DNA from: Aestuariivirgaceae bacterium
GTDB lineage: Bacteria; Pseudomonadota; Alphaproteobacteria; Rhizobiales; Aestuariivirgaceae
Reading direction: 5' to 3'
Assembly (NCBI GenBank): GCA_035265265.1
Contig: DATFOT010000023.1
Span: 1-25,820 of the forward strand
Length of the DNA stretch: 25,820 nt
The notes under the pieces were generated by a model, which saw only the letters and a program-made list of their open reading frames with translations, did no database searches and was not told the origin of the DNA. The position numbers and the translations under genes were made by a program. Of the stretch, positions 7,961 through 16,238 are shown piece by piece; the first letter of the stretch is position 1; each line of letters opens with the position of its first letter.

Positions 7961-9958
7961 CTATTTGACGAGCTTCATGAGCCGTTCGACCCCCGAGGGC
8001 GCGGGGCCGGGAACCGGTGAGGTTTCGGTGAAATTGCGGAGAATAACAGCGGCCACCTCCGTCAAAGGAACCGGCCTGCCGAAATGGTATCCCTGGGCTT
8101 CCGTGCAATCGAGGCTGCGCAGGTAGTCTGCCTGTTCGGCGGTTTCGACACCTTCTGCCGTGATCGGCAGACTCAACGAGCGACCCAAACCGATGATCGC
8201 GCGGAGGATATTGCGGACGTTGGATTTTGAATCCATGGCGCGCACGAAAGACTGATCGATCTTGAGCTTGTTGAAGGGAAACTGCCAGAGATAGCCGAGG
8301 CTCGAATATCCGGCGCCGAAATCGTCGAGAACGATACCCACACCGGTTTCCTGGAGCGCGCGAAGCTGCTCGCGAACATATTCGGTATCGTCAAGCAGCA
8401 AGCCCTCGGTAACCTCGAGCTCCAGGCGATAGGCAGGAAACTTCGCATGTTCGAGGCTGCGGCGGACCGAGGAAATCATGCTGCCGCTGCGGAACTGCAG
8501 GGGCGACAGGTTGACGGCGATTTTCAACGGATCGGGCCATTGCGCGGCCATAAGACAGGCGGTTTCGAGAGTCCAGGCGCCGATGTCGCCGATGAGGCCG
8601 ATGCTTTCCGCAACCGGAATAAATTCAGAGGGAGGAATGGATCCGTGTTGGGGATGATTGAGACGGATCAGCGCCTCGAAGCCGGTCAGGCGGTTCGAGC
8701 GAAGCTCAAAGACCGGCTGATAATGAAGTTCGAATAGTTTCTGCTCGCAGGCTTCCTTGACCGCCGATTCGATCGCGCGGCGCTTGCGAAGGCCGTTCTC
8801 GGTGTCTGAATCGAAGAAGCGATAGGAATTCCGGCCGGCGGACTTGGAAGAAACAAGAGCCACGTCGGCGCTTTTGAGAAGATCATCGGCCGTGCGGCCA
8901 TCGGTCGGGGCGAGAGCAAGGCCGATGTTGATATTGAGGGAGATATTTTCTCCCCTGATCCCGATCGGCTGCGTCAAGGACTGAAGTGCGGTGCGGGCAA
9001 GCTGGGCTGCCTCCATAGCGTCATGGACGCTCGATTTCAAAACAGCAAATTCGCCGTCGCTCAAACGTGCCGAAATCCCCAGGGGCCCAGTCATGGCCTG
9101 TAGCCTGGCTGAAAACTCGAGCAGCAAAGAATCGACTGTCTGCCGGTCGTAATGCTCATAAAGCTCGCGCAGTCGGTCGATCTCGATATCAAGGATGGCG
9201 GTGTGCTCATTGCGGCGTTCGGCCTGTTTGAGCATCTCGTCGAGTTGGCGAGAGAAGATCGCGCGCGTAGGCAGCCTCGTCAGCTGGTCGTGATTGGTAA
9301 TGAACGACAGGGTCTTTTCGACCCTCGTCTTTTCACGCGAGCGGTACCAGAAGCCTAAGGCCGGACCGAGAGCCAGAAGCAGTCCCATGACAATGGCGAT
9401 CTGGGTGGCAGCCTGGACAATGAGACGCCGGCTCACTTCCTGGTCGGCAAGGATTTCGATCCAGCCGAGGACGACTTCATTCGGCCTTACCGGCACAAAC
9501 GTCTGCGACACATGACGTTGCTTGCCATGGATGTTGGTTTCGCTGGCAAGGGAGAAGGACTGACCCGCAGCAAGGCGAGATGTCAGCTCGGGACGGTCCC
9601 TGCCAATGGTGGAGTCATAGGTGAACGCATTGCCGATATCGGTCGAGATCAGCCGCAGCCGGCCGGCGCCGTCATAGACCTGGAACTGGAGAATGGTATC
9701 GGACTGCTTGACCTGCTCGAGAAAAACGATGGATTCGAGATTGGGTATTTCGCCCTCGAGGATGCGGCTGAAATCTGCGATATTGCGAAGGAGGAAATCG
9801 GCCCATTCAGCACCCGCGCGCCGGGCTTCCGTCGCAACCAGCCTGTCGGCGGCAATGTTGACCACGGCGAATCCGGCAAGGATCTGAAGAACGAAAAATC
9901 CAACGAGGATCGTTGTCCAATACGCCTTGTCACGCCATTTCTCGATCAGAATCGTCAC
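7961..9958 (-). CDS. Membrane-anchored GGDEF(degenerate)-EAL protein, probable c-di-GMP phosphodiesterase
   Basis: Two hydrophobic segments flank a periplasmic region. The GGDEF-like domain reads ARLSDGEFAVL. The EAL domain has FEALIRL, AVNLS, ELEVTE, DDFGAGYSSL, KIDQSF, EGVET and QGY. Confidence 0.92.
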   Translation of the reverse strand: MTILIEKWRDKAYWTTILVGFFVLQILAGFAVVNIAADRLVATEARRAGAEWADFLLRNIADFSRILEGEIPNLESIVFLEQVKQSDTILQFQVYDGAGRLRLISTDIGNAFTYDSTIGRDRPELTSRLAAGQSFSLASETNIHGKQRHVSQTFVPVRPNEVVLGWIEILADQEVSRRLIVQAATQIAIVMGLLLALGPALGFWYRSREKTRVEKTLSFITNHDQLTRLPTRAIFSRQLDEMLKQAERRNEHTAILDIEIDRLRELYEHYDRQTVDSLLLEFSARLQAMTGPLGISARLSDGEFAVLKSSVHDAMEAAQLARTALQSLTQPIGIRGENISLNINIGLALAPTDGRTADDLLKSADVALVSSKSAGRNSYRFFDSDTENGLRKRRAIESAVKEACEQKLFELHYQPVFELRSNRLTGFEALIRLNHPQHGSIPPSEFIPVAESIGLIGDIGAWTLETACLMAAQWPDPLKIAVNLSPLQFRSGSMISSVRRSLEHAKFPAYRLELEVTEGLLLDDTEYVREQLRALQETGVGIVLDDFGAGYSSLGYLWQFPFNKLKIDQSFVRAMDSKSNVRNILRAIIGLGRSLSLPITAEGVETAEQADYLRSLDCTEAQGYHFGRPVPLTEVAAVILRNFTETSPVPGPAPSGVERLMKLVK

Positions 9959-10101
9959 GGCCGTTCCCTGGGCAGAGCGAATCCTTCACTCTCCAGACAT
10001 TGATAGCAGGAACTTGGACAAGGAATGGTAAACTGGCCAGGTCATGGGATGGCCTGATATAAGAATTCTCAGCCGATCAGTCCGGACTTAGAGGGGAGAT
10101 C

Positions 10102-10656
10102 ATGCGCTTTCTTGGCTACAGCGCTGTGTTAGCTGCGCTATTTTTGTTTCTTGCCCCACAGGCCATGGCAGCGTCTGCCTACCGCGCCTATGCCGAGCAG
10201 GTGACGCAGCAGCTGCCCAAGGGAATTTCCGTTCGGCCTGATCTCGAAGGCATGCTGGACGGACTTGCCCAGCAAACCAGGGCGGGAAAAAACCGGCCTC
10301 TTATGGTCAGCACGTTTCTAAAAACGGCGGCCCGAGCACAGGCCATCGACATGGTTTTGGGCGACTTCGTCGGCCACACATCGCTCAAGGGCTATTCTTT
10401 CCGAGCGCGATTTGCGGCCTTTGCCGAGGATCCCGACCAGTTTCCGGCGCGAGGTGAAAATGCCGCGCGCGAGCGCAGCCGCGGTCCGCCGGGCCCGGCA
10501 AAGGCGAAAAAGCTTTTTCAGCAATGGCTCGATTCCGGCGGGCACCGCCGCAATCTGCTGAACCGGTCGTACAACCGGGTGAGCACCGGTGTGGTGCAGA
10601 AGGGCGACCACCTCTATGCGGTGCAGATGTTCTGGACCGAGCGCGATGAGCAATGA
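10102..10656 (+). CDS. Secreted CAP (SCP/Tpx-1/Ag5/PR-1) domain protein
   Basis: Signal peptide ending AMA; FVGHTS, GENAA, WLDSGGHRRNLLN and GVVQKGDHLYAVQMF. SD GGGGAG. Confidence 0.85.
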   Translation: MRFLGYSAVLAALFLFLAPQAMAASAYRAYAEQVTQQLPKGISVRPDLEGMLDGLAQQTRAGKNRPLMVSTFLKTAARAQAIDMVLGDFVGHTSLKGYSFRARFAAFAEDPDQFPARGENAARERSRGPPGPAKAKKLFQQWLDSGGHRRNLLNRSYNRVSTGVVQKGDHLYAVQMFWTERDEQ

Positions 10657-10705
10657 TTGAGAGCTGGCAGCCGGTTTGCGCTAATGGCCGGCAGGGTGAC
10701 CCGTG

Positions 10706-11608
10706 TCAGGCACCCGCTGCGAGCTGCGGCTTCGGCGCAAGCGCCTTGCCCGCGGCGGCTTTCACCGTTTTCTGAACCTTTTCGAAAGCCCTGACCTCGA
10801 TCTGGCGAATGCGCTCGCGGGAAACGCCGAACTCCTGGGACAAATCCTCCAGGGTGACCGGATCATCGCGCAAACGGCGAGCCTCGAATACACGCCGCTC
10901 GCGATCATTGAGCTTCTCAATGGCCTCGGTCAGCATATCATGCCGCATGGAGGCTTCTTCGCCCTGGGCCAAAACCTGCTCCTGGTCGTCGGTTTCGTCG
11001 ACAAGCCAGTCCTGCCATTCGCCCTCGGCGTCAATGCGGACCGGCGCGTTGAGAGAGGCATCGCCCGACAGGCGGCGGTTCATGCTCACCACGTCTTCGG
11101 ACGGCACGCCCAGCCGCCGGGCAATCTCGGCCACCTGCTCTGGACGCAAGTCACCCTCTTCCAGAGCCTGGATCTGTCCCTTCACCTTGCGAAGGTTGAA
11201 AAACAGCTTCTTCTGGCTCGCCGTTGTGCCCATTTTCACCAGGCTCCAGGAGCGCAGGATAAATTCCTGAATGGATGCCTTGATCCACCACATGGCGTAG
11301 GTGGCGAGACGGAAGCCCTTGTCGGGCTCGAAACGCTTCACAGCCTGCATTAGGCCGACGTTGCCTTCGGAGATCACCTCACCGATCGGCAGCCCATAGC
11401 CGCGGTAGCCCATGGCGATCTTCGCCACGAGGCGCAGGTGGCTGGTCACCAGCCTGTGGGCAGCCTCGCGATCATTGTGCTCACGCCAGCGCTTAGCCAG
11501 CATGAACTCCTCTTCGGGCTGCAGCATTGGAAACTGCCTTATCTCCTGAAGATAGCGCTGAAGGCCACCTTCGCTTGATATGGTCGGCAGGGTAGACGTC
11601 TTGGCCAT
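10706..11608 (-). CDS. rpoH: RNA polymerase sigma-32 factor RpoH
   Basis: LVTSHLRLVAKIAMGYRGYGLP, DLI-equivalent EVISEGNVGLMQAVKRFEP, RLATYAMWWIKASIQEFILRSWSLVK, RpoH box QKKLFFNLRK and region 4 VSRERIRQIE. An alternative GTG start at 11626 has an upstream GGGAG, so the start is uncertain. Confidence 0.97.
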   Translation of the reverse strand: MAKTSTLPTISSEGGLQRYLQEIRQFPMLQPEEEFMLAKRWREHNDREAAHRLVTSHLRLVAKIAMGYRGYGLPIGEVISEGNVGLMQAVKRFEPDKGFRLATYAMWWIKASIQEFILRSWSLVKMGTTASQKKLFFNLRKVKGQIQALEEGDLRPEQVAEIARRLGVPSEDVVSMNRRLSGDASLNAPVRIDAEGEWQDWLVDETDDQEQVLAQGEEASMRHDMLTEAIEKLNDRERRVFEARRLRDDPVTLEDLSQEFGVSRERIRQIEVRAFEKVQKTVKAAAGKALAPKPQLAAGA

Positions 11609-11654
11609 TTCAATACCCGGGTTCACAGACCGGGCTCCCTAGAAAACGTTACTG

Positions 11655-11683
11655 ATATAGTTACGATTAGTGGCCGATTTAAG
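11655..11683 (-). promoter_or_regulatory. Candidate rpoH promoter
   Basis: The minus strand reads CTTAAA-N17-CTATAT, close to the alphaproteobacterial RpoD/RpoH-type CTTGA(A/C)-N~17-CTATAT pattern. Confidence 0.55.
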
Positions 11684-11741
11684 ACCCCTTGCAGTTTCCA
11701 AGCTCTTCGGGAAAGTACTGCGAAGAGATTGAGTTCCCGGC

Positions 11742-12725
11742 TTATGCCGCGAGGGCTTCCAGAACGGCTGCCATATCGCATGGCAGCGGCACGGAAAAAC
11801 GCAGGAATTTGCCGCTCATGGGGTGCTCAAAACCAAGGAGCCCGGCGTGGAGGGCTTGGCGGCCAAGGTTTTCAACAGCTTCCCGAGAGGCGGGCGATAG
11901 CCGCTTCTGGCTTGCCAAAAAACCCTTGCCATAGGTTTCGTCGCCCAGCAAGGGGTGCCCGATATGGGCCATGTGAACCCGGATTTGATGGGTGCGGCCG
12001 GTTTCCAGCCGGCATTCCAAAAGGGAGGGCTCTCCCGGCTGGGGGAAGACTTTCAACAATTGGTAATGGGTCGTCGCCGGGCGGCCTCTCGGCGTGACAG
12101 ACATTTTCTGCCGGTTGACGGATGACCGGCCGATCGGGGCATCAATGGTGCCTTGGCGCCTGGGCGGCTTGCCCCAAACGACTGCCTGGTAGGCGCGTTC
12201 CAGCCGGCCATCGCGGCCGTGGCCCGAGAATAGCCGTGACAGGCCCTGGTGCGCATCGTCGGTTTTGGCTACCACGAGAAGGCCCGAAGTGTTCTTGTCG
12301 AGGCGGTGGACAATCCCCGGCCGGCGCACGCCGCCAATCCCTGAGAGGCTGGCTCCGCAATGGGCGAGCAGGGCATTGACCAGGGTGCCGGCGTGATGGC
12401 CAGCAGCGGGATGAACGACCAGTCCTGCCGGCTTATTGATCACGATGAGCGCTTCATCTTCGAAAACGATATCGAGGGCGATGCGCTCCGGCTTCGGCAC
12501 CATATCGCCTGGCGGGGGAATGGCTGCGATAATATGGGCTCCCGGTTTGACCCGGTGGCGCGCCTCGATTATGGTCTCGCCGTCCACCCGCACATGTCCT
12601 TCGGCGATCAGCCGCTGAAAACGCGCGCGACTCACGTCATGGAAGCGCTGGCTGAGGATGCGATCGAGGCGCTCGCCAGCTTCCGTCTCGGTGACCGTGA
12701 GTGAAATCTGTTGCGAGGGTGCCAT
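11742..12725 (-). CDS. rluD: RluA/RluD-family 23S rRNA pseudouridine synthase
   Basis: N-terminal S4 domain (GERLDRIL...VSRARFQRLI), NKPAGLVVHP, catalytic VHRLDKNTSGLLVVAK, LETGRTHQIRVH and QALHA; adjacent to rpoH. Confidence 0.93.
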   Translation of the reverse strand: MAPSQQISLTVTETEAGERLDRILSQRFHDVSRARFQRLIAEGHVRVDGETIIEARHRVKPGAHIIAAIPPPGDMVPKPERIALDIVFEDEALIVINKPAGLVVHPAAGHHAGTLVNALLAHCGASLSGIGGVRRPGIVHRLDKNTSGLLVVAKTDDAHQGLSRLFSGHGRDGRLERAYQAVVWGKPPRRQGTIDAPIGRSSVNRQKMSVTPRGRPATTHYQLLKVFPQPGEPSLLECRLETGRTHQIRVHMAHIGHPLLGDETYGKGFLASQKRLSPASREAVENLGRQALHAGLLGFEHPMSGKFLRFSVPLPCDMAAVLEALAA

Positions 12726-13105
12726 TGATCAAGACGAAGGAAGCTCAAGGGGCGGGGGTAGCACCGGAGGTCTCCGAAGGGCAAGATCCGCTGAACGTGC
12801 GGCTGCTGAAATATCTCGTCATCGTCCTCGGTGTTCTGCTCATCGGCTGTTTCGTGGCTGTGTTTGCGATTATCGGATACCGGCTGGCGCATCCGCGCGT
12901 GAAGACGGGCCAAGCCGAAATCAAGGAGATTGCGCTATCGATCGGGGCTGGAGCGCATCTCGGGCAGTTCGTACTGGACGGTGACCGCATGGCGCTGCAT
13001 CTCACCGGAAAGGAAGGCGAGGAAGTGGTGGTGGTTGATGTTCGCCGCGGATTGGTTCTCAGCCGGGTCAAGCTCGGAGGGCCGCCGCTTGCAGCGCAGC
13101 CATGA
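12701..13105 (+). CDS. Small single-pass membrane protein divergent from rluD (start uncertain)
   Basis: TM segment LLKYLVIVLGVLLIGCFVAVFAIIGYRL followed by a beta-rich region ending VVVVDVRRGLVLSRVKL. The ORF-track start overlaps rluD, so the true start is probably downstream (e.g. GTG 12797). Confidence 0.7.
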   Translation: MKSVARVPLIKTKEAQGAGVAPEVSEGQDPLNVRLLKYLVIVLGVLLIGCFVAVFAIIGYRLAHPRVKTGQAEIKEIALSIGAGAHLGQFVLDGDRMALHLTGKEGEEVVVVDVRRGLVLSRVKLGGPPLAAQP

Positions 13106-13123
13106 TCGGATGCCAGAAGACGG

Positions 13124-13153
13124 TTGCTTCTTCCCTTAGGTTTCGGATATAGC
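13124..13153 (+). promoter_or_regulatory. Candidate tRNA promoter
   Basis: TTGCTT (13124-13129), a 17-18 nt spacer, then ATATAG/TATAGC, about 23 nt before the tRNA. Confidence 0.35.
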
Positions 13154-13175
13154 AAGCCCACTCACACGCTATTGC

Positions 13176-13251
13176 GCCCCCTTCGTCTAGCGGCCTAGGA
13201 CGCGGCCCTCTCACGGCTGAAACAGGGGTTCGATTCCCCTAGGGGGCGCCA
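13176..13251 (+). tRNA. tRNA-Glu, anticodon CTC
   Basis: 76-nt cloverleaf: acceptor GCCCCCT/AGGGGGC, D arm GTC/GAC, anticodon stem CGGCC/GGCTG with loop CT-CTC-AC, T arm AGGGG-TTCGATT-CCCCT, discriminator G, encoded CCA. Confidence 0.97.
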
Positions 13252-13541
13252 ACTTTCAACCGTATTCTTGCTTTCTAAGCACTTTCTCCCGAATTTGCCC
13301 CACCCCTCCAGAGCCAAACCTGAAAGTGGGACCCTTTCCGTCCACTGATTGTTCGGGAACACCCATATGCTGAGCGTCAGCGGCGTGCTTCCTCCGGGGC
13401 CGAGTGGTGGACTTTATGCCAACTTGCTCACAGGCCGCACAAACTTTCATCCACCCGTAGTGGTCGGTTTGAAGGCAGTGGCCTTATGTGTATCCTCTCC
13501 TTCGGGCAGTAATCCTGACTAGGGTTCACCGAGTAAGGTGG

Positions 13542-15716
13542 ATGGAGCGAAGACTTACCGCGATACTTGCTGCCGACGTGGTTGGCTACAGCCGACTCAT
13601 GGGAGAGGATGAGGTAGGTACGCTGGCGCGGTTGAAGACTTGCCGCCGGGATGTGGTCGACCCCGCCATACAAATGTATCATGGCCGCATCATCAAACTC
13701 ATGGGTGATGGCGCACTCGTCGAGTTCGCGAGTGTGGTGGATGCCGTCCAGTGTGCTGCGACAATCCAGCGAAGCATGTCCAAATACGACCAGGGCGTTC
13801 CTGAAGCGCAACATATCCGCTTCCGTATTGGTGTCAATTTGGGTGACATTATCGTTGAAGACGATGACATCCATGGCGATGGAGTCAACATCGCGGCACG
13901 GCTCGAAGCTTTGGCAGAGCCGGGAGGCATTTGTATTTCTGGCATGGCCTTCGATCACGCAAGACACAAGGCTGATGTCGGTTTTGCCAATGCAGGTGAG
14001 CAGCGGCTCAAGAACATTGCAGACCCCGTTCGGATATATCGAGTTCTCCTTGATCCGGCTAAAAAGGGCAGGGTTATTGTTGCCTCGCGTCTTCTCTCGA
14101 CGCGCACACTAGTTCTGATGGGTGTCATGGCGCTGCTGATTGCCATGGCCGCGGTTGCCCTTATGTGGCAGAGATCAACATCGCCAGAACGTCCCGCCGT
14201 AGCGGTGCTGCCTTTTGCGAATTTGACGGGTGATCCGAGCCAGGACTATTTTGCCGATGGCATTACTGAGGATCTAATCACCGATCTTGCCAAACTTTCG
14301 GGCCTCGATGTCATCGCTCGCAACTCCGTATTCGCCTACAAGGGAAAGCCCTTCGTATTGGCCGATATTGCCCGCGATCTTGGGGTGCGGTTTGCTATTG
14401 AAGGAAGCGTACGGCGAACGGGTGATCAAATCCGCCTCAATGCTCAACTTGTGGACATAGCTACAGGTGGCACCTTGTGGGCCAATCGCTTTGATCGCAG
14501 CACCAGAGAGGTGTTTGCCGTCCAAGACGAGATTAGCCGAGAGATCGCCAAGGCCCTTGGGGTGCAGCCTTCAGCAGCGGAAAGCGAGCGGATGGCACGC
14601 CCGCCGACTGAAAATCTTGAGGCCTACGATTACTATCTTCGGGCCGAGCAGGCGGCACGTACGGGCCAGCGGGCGCGGCTTGGGGAAGCTCTTGAGTTAT
14701 ACGAGAAAGCGGTCGAGGTTGACCCAGCCTTCGCCGAAGCCTACGCCGGTGACGCACGCACAACTGTCTATGTATGGCGTGTTTCCTTCAACGAAATAAT
14801 CCAGAGCGCCCCCGCACGAAAGAGAGCCTATGAGAAGGCAAGTCGTGCTTTGGCACTAAATCCCGACCTCTCGTCGCCTTACGCTATTCTCGGTATTATG
14901 CAAGTCGTGGACCAGCGCTATGAGGAAGCAATCGCCTCGGCGCGACGCGCGGTTGCCCTGAGCCCTGGTGATGCTGGAGCGCAAGTAGCGCTGGGTTATG
15001 TTCAGTTGTTTGCGGGCGATCATGCTGAAGCAGCCACTGCAGTCGAAACCGCGCTAAGGCTCGATCCCAATCTCTCACCCATAGATCGAGAAATTGCGGG
15101 TCTCGTTTTCCTTCTCGGAGGAGACACGGCCAAAGCTATCGGAACTCTTGAACGCACGCGGGCCGATGCACCGGCCGCCGCCGATTTCCACATTACACTC
15201 GCCGCGGCTTACGCTCGGGCAGGCCGCTTAACGGATGCCCACGCCGCAATGGCAAACGGGCTTCGCCTTCAACGAGCTGCATTCGACTCCATAGCCGCCT
15301 GGCGAGTTAGCTATGCTCATTTTCGCAACAAAGATGATTTAGCCCTTCTCATCGATGCCTTGCGCCAAGCTGGCATGCCTGAGTGGGCGTTCGGCTTTCG
15401 AGGGAAAGAGCGCGATCGGCTAACGGGAGAGGAGATTGCATTGCTGGTTCTTGGCCATACCCTCCAAGGCCAAATCGAGCCCGGTTACCCAGCTATCATG
15501 CAGATTGATCGGAATGGAAATGCCGCATTCCGCTCAATAACTCAACTACTCACCGGGACGGTCCATATCGATCGCGATCTCCTCTGTGAGAAGAGTGAGA
15601 ATATGTTTGGACGTCCCGACTGCGGCCCCGTCTACAAGCAAACCGATTCCACTGGCAAACGCTCATATGCCTACGCCAATGCAAGCAAGGTATTTTATTT
15701 CTCGCAGGTGAAGTAA
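13542..15716 (+). CDS. Class III adenylate/guanylate cyclase - TM - TolB-like adaptor - TPR - extra C-terminal domain
   Basis: Start MERRLTAILAADVVGYSRLM; IIKLMGDGAL and DDIHGDGVNIAARLE; TM LVLMGVMALLIAMAAVALMW; AVLPFANL...YFADGITEDLITDL; several TPRs (AVEVDPAFAEAY, ALALNPD, AVALSPGD, ALRLDPN). Confidence 0.92.
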   Translation: MERRLTAILAADVVGYSRLMGEDEVGTLARLKTCRRDVVDPAIQMYHGRIIKLMGDGALVEFASVVDAVQCAATIQRSMSKYDQGVPEAQHIRFRIGVNLGDIIVEDDDIHGDGVNIAARLEALAEPGGICISGMAFDHARHKADVGFANAGEQRLKNIADPVRIYRVLLDPAKKGRVIVASRLLSTRTLVLMGVMALLIAMAAVALMWQRSTSPERPAVAVLPFANLTGDPSQDYFADGITEDLITDLAKLSGLDVIARNSVFAYKGKPFVLADIARDLGVRFAIEGSVRRTGDQIRLNAQLVDIATGGTLWANRFDRSTREVFAVQDEISREIAKALGVQPSAAESERMARPPTENLEAYDYYLRAEQAARTGQRARLGEALELYEKAVEVDPAFAEAYAGDARTTVYVWRVSFNEIIQSAPARKRAYEKASRALALNPDLSSPYAILGIMQVVDQRYEEAIASARRAVALSPGDAGAQVALGYVQLFAGDHAEAATAVETALRLDPNLSPIDREIAGLVFLLGGDTAKAIGTLERTRADAPAAADFHITLAAAYARAGRLTDAHAAMANGLRLQRAAFDSIAAWRVSYAHFRNKDDLALLIDALRQAGMPEWAFGFRGKERDRLTGEEIALLVLGHTLQGQIEPGYPAIMQIDRNGNAAFRSITQLLTGTVHIDRDLLCEKSENMFGRPDCGPVYKQTDSTGKRSYAYANASKVFYFSQVK

Positions 15717-15734
15717 CTGTTTAGCCCTACCACC

Positions 15735-16223
15735 TCAATGATACGGATCTCGATTCAACTCGGCTATGGCTTTTGGCCAATTGGCATCGGCCTTCGGCAC
15801 AAGTTCATCCGCGTGATTGGCAAAGTGCTCTGCGTTTCCCTTGTCGTAGATCAGATATAGCTTGCCATCGATGATTTTGAAGGCTTCTGGATCCACATTG
15901 ACTGTTGTCGAACCGCCGACTACCTCACCGGCACAGTATCCTCCATATTGCGGGGCATATTTTACCGGCTCGTTCATGAACAATTCGCGGTTCTTGCTAC
16001 TGGCAAAATGCCATGGTGTGCCCAACCACTCGTAGGAGAACTTCTCTGATCCCTTTACTGGCCGGTTCTCAGTAAAATAAGCCACCGTATCATAACCCAT
16101 GATTGCTACGCCGCCGAAGTAGCCGGTGTTCACCGAGTCGTCGGCGACAGCCGATACCGCGCCTGTGGTACCCGCAAGAGCAAACCCTACTGCTGCTAAC
16201 AGATTTTTACTTCGCCTCGACAT
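15735..16223 (-). CDS. Secreted YHS-domain-containing (seleno)protein family member, Cys form
   Basis: Signal peptide; AIMGYDTVAYF, WHFASSKNRELF...PVKYAPQYGGYCA and DPEAFKIIDGKLYL. The Cys codon is TGT (15933-15935). Confidence 0.88.
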   Translation of the reverse strand: MSRRSKNLLAAVGFALAGTTGAVSAVADDSVNTGYFGGVAIMGYDTVAYFTENRPVKGSEKFSYEWLGTPWHFASSKNRELFMNEPVKYAPQYGGYCAGEVVGGSTTVNVDPEAFKIIDGKLYLIYDKGNAEHFANHADELVPKADANWPKAIAELNRDPYH

Positions 16224-16238
16224 AACGTTCCTCCTTAG

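Noticed and set aside
10703-11353. Plus-strand 216-aa ORF opposite rpoH
   Set aside because: Antisense shadow of a highly conserved gene.
11703-11727. CTCTTCG-N11-CGAAGAG hairpin downstream of rluD
   Set aside because: 7-bp stem with a large loop and no U-tract; too weak to call a terminator.
13252-13541. Possible integrase remnant next to the tRNA
   Set aside because: The frames I read show no tyrosine-recombinase H-x-x-R or catalytic Tyr motif and no serine-recombinase motif.
13428-13967. Minus-strand 179-aa ORF
   Set aside because: Antisense shadow of the cyclase domain.
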